Part shown: positions 55,491 through 64,000 of the stretch, piece by piece
Position numbering within the stretch: the first letter of the stretch is position 1
Layout of the letters: every line of letters begins with the position of its first letter
Source of the DNA: Naegleria gruberi
Lineage: Eukaryota
Strand: one strand, 5' to 3'
Length of the DNA: 64,000 nucleotides
Assembly (NCBI GenBank): GCA_000004985.1
Contig: GG738859.1
The notes under the pieces: model-generated
Told to the model about the DNA's origin: nothing
Seen by the model: only the letters and a program-made list of their open reading frames with translations
The model's database searches: none
Translations under genes and position numbers: made by a program

Positions 55491-56994
55491 TTTTTTATGA
55501 TTTTTTCTATTGGGTATTGAGCTTGTTTGATGCTCAATCATCATGCATTTTTAGTTGCCAACATTAAGAATAGGTTGATGAAATACTAAATGCATCTTGT
55601 TTCGTAAATTTTTTCGGTCATTAGACCAAGAGATATTTGGTAAAGTCCTTAATTGAACAATACATTTGTTGCATCTGGACTTGTCATTTGCCATTAAATA
55701 ACAAGATGAAAATGTACATGCAAATAATAAGTTCAATGGATACAGATGTTGATGGGAGTTTTGTCATCTCTGGGAATACAGTTCTTTTCGCCAGCTGTTG
55801 ACTTGTCATTAACAAATGGATTTCCGTTTGTCTATATATTGTTAGCCTTCTTCCCCTTCTTTCTACCTCATTTCAGATCAGATAGTATCCAAAATCTGTG
55901 GAAATGTTTTTCCCGCTTTTTTCTAGTGCTCCCTCTTTAAAAGGAAATATTTAGTTTAATACATGGTATAACATCTTGAATTTTACACGGGTGATTTCAT
56001 ATCATGTATACTATATCCTATTCATTTTTGAATATTTAATCTTTTGTTTTCATTGAGATAATTAGTGAGTTATGACATCATATACCTTTTTGGGAAAAGT
56101 GATTTTTCGCTCAACTACTTAATATCGAATATTGAATTTTGTGGTGGTAAGAGATAAGATCAGATACTAATACCATGTGTAATTTTTTTTTACGAATTGT
56201 TGTGTATTAAGGAGGATATGCTTGGTTAAAGTTGGTGAATTTTTTTGTGAAATTAAAATAAAATGGAAGTTTATTAGAAGGAGAGTTATTTTTTGGCGCG
56301 AAGTTTCTTTCCCATAGAGAGAAAGGTTTCGGCCAGCAGTTTTCTAAAGTCTGAATACTTGATTCGAACAGTTTCATTCATAATAGCGAACAAGTTATAA
56401 AAAAAATCATTGAGACCGGTCCGGAATCGCTGTTTCTTGAGATATTCCAATTATATAGATGCTGATATTGATTTCTATCACTCAGAAACGTTATCAATAT
56501 CAGTTATAAGAGTACTGGTATGATGTTCAATCATGTTGTACATCTTGATATGACTTGTCATATTATCATGAGTAGTTAGTGACATGGTTAAATGACATGA
56601 ATACTGAATGATGTCCAAATGATTTGAAATTGATAGAAACCTCATTATATGATGTTAATAACATATTGTATCAATTTGGTATTGAATCTCATTGTCCTTA
56701 GGGTACTTCGCTATTGAGGTACCTTAATTGACCATCTCTATGTTTAAATTGAGATATGATATTTATTTCAATTGTATCATTTTGTAAATGATGGATAAGT
56801 GGCCTAGTTGTGTATGGTGTAGAATTGGTATAACATTATTTTCAACATTTACAAGTGCCATTTCTCATCATCTGTTGGACCAAAACAAAAATTTTTGTTA
56901 TAGTGGTGGTTTTTTTACTAATATCCACATGTACAATATCGGAACAAGGAGATGCTCTATAGTTGTGCAGAATCATTCCACCAACAATAAGTTT

Positions 56995-59230
56995 TTGAAA
57001 TATTCTTTTCTTAGTGAACTTTGCTTGCATCATAATTATTAAGGAATTGTTTCAAGTAGATGGAAAGTGTTCTAAAATTGCTGTAGATGGTAACATTCCG
57101 TTACAGCATAGTTAAATTCTAAGAAATGATTGAGATTTGTGATTTTTTCACAACTGTTATCTTTTAAACAATGGTTGTCATCCAACCCGATGTAAAAACT
57201 TTTTGAAATTGTTTCAAATGAGCTTGGAGTGGCTCAAACCCGTTGCTTCTTTTCAAAAAAGAGACTTATCCAACCTTTTGAATGAGACTGTATTATACTA
57301 TACAACAAACTGAAATTTATTCTTTCTTACTGAACTTTTCTTACTTCACAATTATTAAGGAATTTTTTCAAGTAGATGGAAAATGTTCCAAACTCGATGG
57401 AAATGGGGGCAGTCCTTTTCAGTATACTCAAAATCTCAATAATGATTGAGATTGGTCGATTTTTCACAACTGTAATCTTTAAAACAGTGGTTCCAACCCG
57501 CTTGTGGAACAAATTGAAATTGTTTCAAATGAACATGGTGGGGCTCAAACCCGTTGCTTCTTTTCGAAAGAGTGACGTAGCCAACCTTTTGACAAGACTG
57601 TATTATACTATACAACAAATTAAAATTTTTGCATTCTTACTGAACTTTTCTTACTTCACAATTATTAAGGAATTTTTTCAAGTAGATGGAAAATGTTCCA
57701 AAATCGATGGAAATGGTGGAAGTCCTTTAAAGTGTACTTAAATTCTCAATAATGATTGAGATCAGTCGATTTTTCACAACTGTAATCTTTAAAACAGTGG
57801 TTGTCATCCAACCCGATGTAACAACTACTATTAAATATTTCAAATGAGCTTGGAGTTGCTCAAACCCGTTGCTTCTTCTCAAAACAGTGACTTATTCAAC
57901 CTTTTGGTGGGGATTGTACAATAATGTTCAACAAATTAACATTGTCTTTTCTTAGTGAACTTTTCCTTCATCCTAATTATTAAGGAATTTTTACAAGTAG
58001 ATGGAAAATGTTCAAAACTGGCTATAGATGGTATAATTCCATTGAACTATACTCAAATTCTTAATAATGATTGAGATTGGTCGATTTTTCACAACTGTTA
58101 TCTTTGAAACAGTGATTTCATCCAACCACGCTTTAATAACAACTCCATGGACTGGCTCAAACCCGTTGTAAAATTAAATTAAACTTTCTCAAATGAGCTT
58201 GGCGTGGCTCAAACCCGGTGTGCTTACGTAAAATTCAATCGGAATACAATTTTAACTGGTATTCTGGCAAAGAGCCAACATTTTCACAATTAAACTTTCT
58301 TACTGAACTTTGAATATTTCACATAGTAAGGAATTTTTTCAAGTAGATGGAAAATGTTCCAAACTCGATAGAAATGGTACCAGTCCTTTACAGTATACTT
58401 AAATTCTCAAAAATGATTGAGATTTGCCATTTTTTCACAACTGTAATCTTTAAAACAGTGGTTGTAATCCAACCCGCTTGTGGAACAATTTGAAAAGGTT
58501 TCAAATGAGCTTGGAGTGGCTCAAACCCGTTACTTCTTTTCAAAAAAGTTCCTGATCGAGCTATGTGGTGAGACTGTATTATAGTATACAACAAATTAAA
58601 ATTTTTGCATTCTTATTGAACTATGAATATTTCACAATTATTAAGGAATTTTTACAAGTGGTTGGAAAATGTTCTAAACTGTATGTAGATGGTAACATTC
58701 CATTGGAATATACTCAACATCTTAATAATGACTGAGATTAGTCGATTTTTCACAACTGTAATCTTTAAAACAGTGGTTGTCATCCAACCCGATGTAAAAA
58801 CTTTTTGAAATTGTTTCAAATGAACATGGATTGGCTCAAACCCGTTGCTTCTTTTCAAAAAAGTTCCTGATCGAGCAATGTGACGAGGCTGGAATATACT
58901 ATTCAACAAAGTAAATTGTTTGCAATCTTACTGAACTTTGAATATTTCAAAATTATTAAGGAATTTTTACAAGGGGATGGAAAATGTTCTAAACTGTATG
59001 TAGATGGTAACATTCCATTGGAGTATACTCAAATTCTTAATAATGATTGAGATCAGTCGATTTTTCACAAATGTTATCTTTAAAACAGTGGTTGTCGTCA
59101 AACCCGATGTAAAAACTACTTGAAATTGTTTCAAATGAACATGGTGTGGCTCAAACCCGTTGTAAAATTAAATTACACTTTCTCAAATGAGCTTGGTGTG
59201 GCTCAAACCCGGTGTGCTTATGTAAAGTTC
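56995..59230. repeat. subtelomeric satellite: ~310-345-bp unit, ~7 tandem copies, in two higher-order blocks
   Basis: The anchor CAAGTAGATGGAAAATGTTC(C/T)AAA recurs at ~57053, 57370, 57680, 57997, 58340, 58658 (variant) and 58969 (variant). Each unit also contains TTTCACAACTGTAATCTTTAAAACAGTGGTT and TTTCAAATGA(G/A)C(T/A)TGG.GTGGCTCAAACCCGTTGC. Two blocks (to ~58260 and to ~59230) each end with a duplicated GGCTCAAACCCG(T/G)TGT..AAATT motif. Track ORFs inside (57327.., 57376.., 57436.., 58388.., 58652..) are repeat artefacts. Confidence 0.75.
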
Positions 59231-60953
59231 AATCCAAGTAAATGGATACTTGATTCAATTCTTGTATGATGACAAGACCCAATATCTTCAATGAATCTTT
59301 CTCAGATTGCACCTATCACCAATAGGAATGTGTTCATGCTTCATACTTGTTTGATATTTACAAACTGAATGAGCTGGTGCGTATTCTATATATTGAAAAG
59401 TTACTTTTTGACAGATTGTTATTATTATCAAGTTATTTTCTATTCAGAATATCTAAAATTAATACAATATGTACAATAGTGTGATTAAACGTATCTGGTA
59501 AAGTTATAGGATGATTGGATGTACTTTCACTGAGATGAAGTGTTCACTATGGTATACCTAGGATTGACATTGAACATTTACTGATTAATTTTATGAAAGT
59601 AGTTTGAAATGTTTCTAAACTATTGTAGATGTATTTAATTGATATATAGACTATGTGGTATCAATTCTAGACTTATTATATGTAAAGGTTTTGGAAACGT
59701 GTTGTTTTGATTTGTTTCTTCTGTGGCTCCATGGTCTTTATGATCTGATATAGGGTTATTAAGCGCCGTTTGGGTATTTTGTTGGTTTTTTTAGTAAAGT
59801 TTTAAAAAAAGTATATAGTTCTTATCTAGTTATCGAGTTGTGGTGTAAATGTGTTGTTTTCAAGCTATTCGAAAGTAGTAACGATTTCGATATTCCGTTA
59901 CTTTGCGTCACTTTGCGGACGGACTTATATTCAATCAATTTGGTTGTCATTCATATTGATGCGTAGAATTTTTGAGATTATTTTTGAATGTACGTTATTT
60001 TTATCTACGCATGAATGAAAAGTACAACAATGATCAAGAGGAATTGAGTCATGAGTATGATACTTTCTCAGATTGTTCTACGCATCAAGAGTATTCGATT
60101 CAGGATTCTATTCATATATGATATTTGTTATAAATATATTGAATTGGATGAGATGGAGTGCCATCTTGTTGTTAAAAGTTGAGTCGACATTAAGGTATTC
60201 AGTAAATTGATACCACATGACTAATTAGAGTGATTATATGCCATTATATCAATTTCTTTGAAAACAGACTTGCTTCTGGACCTTTCAGATTTCTAGCCAC
60301 ATTGACAGATCACCATGTACTATCTACTGGATGCATTTCTTGAAATAAAAGTATATATTTTGAATAAAGTCCACTTTATTTGAGATGAACTACATGATAA
60401 TAAAGTTTATTTTGAGATTGTCAACTTTTTCTATAGTGACATCCTTAATTGTCTTAATTGACTCAAAGAGGCCAAGGAGAGATTTCAAATCATAAAATAA
60501 ATGATATTTTCGAGATTTAATAATGATTTACAATCGATTGATATGTATTTTGCTGATTGAGGATGTAGTTCTCTTATTGAATATTGCCCTGTCCTTCAAA
60601 GTCAACCTTGATAAATCACTCCTTACCTTACTATATGATGGAATGTTCACTAGAACGTCTGAAAACTGAAATATATACATTATTAGAGATTTAGAACATG
60701 ATTATATGATTTAATTTGAGAGTGGTAACTTGGCCGAACAACTTGTACATTATAGAGAGAGTTGACTTGGGTTTGGTACCTGGAACCTCTTGGGTTTGGG
60801 AACAGTCTTTTCAACATGAATTCATTGATTATTCTATATCTACTCATCATCTCAAATAAATTAATTATTATTTTTCTGGTCTGGTAATTGTGAAGATACT
60901 GTAGTTGTAAGTTTTACTTTTCATTGTGTATTTATAAAGATAATATATTTCTA

Positions 60954-62838
60954 NNNNNNNNNNNNNNNNNNNNNNNNNNNNNNNNNNNNNNNNNNNNNNN
61001 NNNNNNNNNNNNNNNNNNNNNNNNNNNNNNNNNNNNNNNNNNNNNNNNNNNNNNNNNNNNNNNNNNNNNNNNNNNNNNNNNNNNNNNNNNNNNNNNNNNN
61101 NNNNNNNNNNNNNNNNNNNNNNNNNNNNNNNNNNNNNNNNNNNNNNNNNNNNNNNNNNNNNNNNNNNNNNNNNNNNNNNNNNNNNNNNNNNNNNNNNNNN
61201 NNNNNNNNNNNNNNNNNNNNNNNNNNNNNNNNNNNNNNNNNNNNNNNNNNNNNNNNNNNNNNNNNNNNNNNNNNNNNNNNNNNNNNNNNNNNNNNNNNNN
61301 NNNNNNNNNNNNNNNNNNNNNNNNNNNNNNNNNNNNNNNNNNNNNNNNNNNNNNNNNNNNNNNNNNNNNNNNNNNNNNNNNNNNNNNNNNNNNNNNNNNN
61401 NNNNNNNNNNNNNNNNNNNNNNNNNNNNNNNNNNNNNNNNNNNNNNNNNNNNNNNNNNNNNNNNNNNNNNNNNNNNNNNNNNNNNNNNNNNNNNNNNNNN
61501 NNNNNNNNNNNNNNNNNNNNNNNNNNNNNNNNNNNNNNNNNNNNNNNNNNNNNNNNNNNNNNNNNNNNNNNNNNNNNNNNNNNNNNNNNNNNNNNNNNNN
61601 NNNNNNNNNNNNNNNNNNNNNNNNNNNNNNNNNNNNNNNNNNNNNNNNNNNNNNNNNNNNNNNNNNNNNNNNNNNNNNNNNNNNNNNNNNNNNNNNNNNN
61701 NNNNNNNNNNNNNNNNNNNNNNNNNNNNNNNNNNNNNNNNNNNNNNNNNNNNNNNNNNNNNNNNNNNNNNNNNNNNNNNNNNNNNNNNNNNNNNNNNNNN
61801 NNNNNNNNNNNNNNNNNNNNNNNNNNNNNNNNNNNNNNNNNNNNNNNNNNNNNNNNNNNNNNNNNNNNNNNNNNNNNNNNNNNNNNNNNNNNNNNNNNNN
61901 NNNNNNNNNNNNNNNNNNNNNNNNNNNNNNNNNNNNNNNNNNNNNNNNNNNNNNNNNNNNNNNNNNNNNNNNNNNNNNNNNNNNNNNNNNNNNNNNNNNN
62001 NNNNNNNNNNNNNNNNNNNNNNNNNNNNNNNNNNNNNNNNNNNNNNNNNNNNNNNNNNNNNNNNNNNNNNNNNNNNNNNNNNNNNNNNNNNNNNNNNNNN
62101 NNNNNNNNNNNNNNNNNNNNNNNNNNNNNNNNNNNNNNNNNNNNNNNNNNNNNNNNNNNNNNNNNNNNNNNNNNNNNNNNNNNNNNNNNNNNNNNNNNNN
62201 NNNNNNNNNNNNNNNNNNNNNNNNNNNNNNNNNNNNNNNNNNNNNNNNNNNNNNNNNNNNNNNNNNNNNNNNNNNNNNNNNNNNNNNNNNNNNNNNNNNN
62301 NNNNNNNNNNNNNNNNNNNNNNNNNNNNNNNNNNNNNNNNNNNNNNNNNNNNNNNNNNNNNNNNNNNNNNNNNNNNNNNNNNNNNNNNNNNNNNNNNNNN
62401 NNNNNNNNNNNNNNNNNNNNNNNNNNNNNNNNNNNNNNNNNNNNNNNNNNNNNNNNNNNNNNNNNNNNNNNNNNNNNNNNNNNNNNNNNNNNNNNNNNNN
62501 NNNNNNNNNNNNNNNNNNNNNNNNNNNNNNNNNNNNNNNNNNNNNNNNNNNNNNNNNNNNNNNNNNNNNNNNNNNNNNNNNNNNNNNNNNNNNNNNNNNN
62601 NNNNNNNNNNNNNNNNNNNNNNNNNNNNNNNNNNNNNNNNNNNNNNNNNNNNNNNNNNNNNNNNNNNNNNNNNNNNNNNNNNNNNNNNNNNNNNNNNNNN
62701 NNNNNNNNNNNNNNNNNNNNNNNNNNNNNNNNNNNNNNNNNNNNNNNNNNNNNNNNNNNNNNNNNNNNNNNNNNNNNNNNNNNNNNNNNNNNNNNNNNNN
62801 NNNNNNNNNNNNNNNNNNNNNNNNNNNNNNNNNNNNNN
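60954..62838. other. assembly gap (1,885 N)
   Basis: Uninterrupted run of n. The 641-668-aa all-X ORFs in the track across it are artefacts. Confidence 0.99.
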
Positions 62839-63649
62839 ATTGTGAACACAATGGTATCAATAGTTATATGATTCATGATAGTTTAAAATTGAGTTGGTCA
62901 TCTAAGGATAGGTCATTAAGGTTTGAATGAATTGATATGAAATTCAATACCAATTATTGAAATACCATGACTAACTGATCTATATATGATGCTATAATTG
63001 AAAGATTTTAAAATTAATATGATTTGATTATCTTGATATTCATTATTCCCATGATTACACTCCTGACATGTTGAATGATATCAAATTGTCATGAAACTGA
63101 TACAGTAGTGTTCATTCACCTTTTGTAAGGTACTGTATCAATTTCATAATGATCTGTAAAGTAGATGTCATTGTCACATCCCTGTAGGTATCAAGTGGAT
63201 CTGCCATGTACCATGTATGATATGGATGAATATCAAAATGATATTACTGTATTTCATTATCATGTGTAGATGTATTGGAAGTGAATTGAAGTGGTATAGA
63301 TTTCTATCTTCAATGTTAGTATAGGTCAGTTGACAAGTTGAATAGCAAATATCCTGAAATGATACCAAAGTATTTGAAATTGATATATATTGTTATTAAC
63401 ATGATTTATAAGGTGATATATTGATTTGAAATGAATTTGAAATGTTTTCATTGATATTTTAATTGTCTAATCTATTATATGAAATTAACTTATATAAGAC
63501 ATGATAATGATGTAATATTATGTTATATTATGATTATATATTCAATTTGGAGTATATTGATATATAATATATTGATTTATAATGAGTATTTATTGAGATA
63601 ATTAATTAAGATGAATAAAAGTCAAAATGTTGGGTCTGACCTTAGTCGT

Positions 63650-64000
63650 GGGTTTGGGTTTGGGTTTGGGTTTGGGTTTGGGTTTGGGTTTGGGTTTGGG
63701 TTTGGGTTTGGGTTTGGGTTTGGGTTTGGGTTTGGGTTTGGGTTTGGGTTTGGGTTTGGGTTTGGGTTTGGGTTTGGGTTTGGGTTTGGGTTTGGGTTTG
63801 GGTTTGGGTTTGGGTTTGGGTTTGGGTTTGGGTTTGGGTTTGGGTTTGGGTTTGGGTTTGGGTTTGGGTTTGGGTTTGGGTTTGGGTTTGGGTTTGGGTT
63901 TGGGTTTGGGTTTGGGTTTGGGTTTGGGTTTGGGTTTGGGTTTGGGTTTGGGTTTGGGTTTGGGTTTGGGTTTGGGTTCGGGTTTGGGTTTGGGTTTGGA
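63650..64000 (+). repeat. telomeric repeat (GGGTTT)n, ~58 units, running to the window end (chromosome terminus; G-rich strand 5'->3' toward the end)
   Basis: Perfect hexamer array from 63650. One variant unit GGGTTC at ~63974..63979. Preceded by AT-rich unique sequence and the satellite. Confidence 0.9.

Noticed and set aside
57327-58909. ORFs of 60-121 aa inside 57.3-58.9 kb
   Set aside because: They lie in the tandem 320-bp satellite. They recur with the repeat period and have no coding features.
56995-59230. CRISPR-like array?
   Set aside because: Units are ~320 bp with no short repeat/spacer alternation. This is a eukaryotic chromosome end with spliceosomal introns and telomere repeats. 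No cas-like genes.
60924-62930. Very long ORFs (641-668 aa) spanning 60.9-62.9 kb
   Set aside because: They translate the N gap (all X).

Overview
This 64-kb window comes from an AT-rich (about two-thirds A+T), compact, intron-poor eukaryotic nuclear genome. It uses the standard genetic code and GT..AG spliceosomal introns of about 32-200 nt, mostly with GTAAGT/GTATGT donors. Many six-frame ORFs in the track are exons of the same gene, and several ORF-track 'M' starts are really TTG/GTG codons.

The window is a chromosome end. About 25 densely packed protein genes and two tRNAs are followed by a ~2.2-kb subtelomeric satellite (~320-bp unit, ~7 copies), a 1,885-nt run of N (assembly gap), and ~350 bp of (GGGTTT)n telomere running into the window edge.

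Gene content is strongly biased toward signal transduction:
- three heterotrimeric G-protein alpha-subunit genes, one of which has lost the P-loop and both catalytic residues;
- an RGS-domain protein;
- a 7-TM receptor-like protein;
- three cyclase-homology-domain (class III nucleotidyl-cyclase-like) proteins, probably catalytically degenerate;
- an F-box/LRR/MATH protein and an NHL-repeat protein.

Other genes include catalase (with a poly-Gln N-terminal extension), a folliculin homolog, a terpene-synthase-like protein, a mitochondrial-type P450, a THUMPD1/Tan1 homolog and a p24/emp24 cargo receptor.

The most unusual structure sits next to the subtelomere. Two paralogous, inverted receptor-type cyclase-homology genes (45.3-48.0 kb on +, 52.8-55.5 kb on -) flank a single-exon gene encoding a cellular RNA-dependent RNA polymerase fused to C-terminal Sel1-like repeats. 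The two copies share a ~700-bp tract of near-100% nucleotide identity (gene-conversion signature) inside otherwise diverged sequence, and the + copy carries a 1-nt frameshift.

I see no prokaryotic features: no CRISPR arrays, no operons, no mobile elements with recognizable transposase. I cannot name the organism from sequence alone; the gene repertoire and genome style would fit an amoeboid or other unicellular protist lineage.
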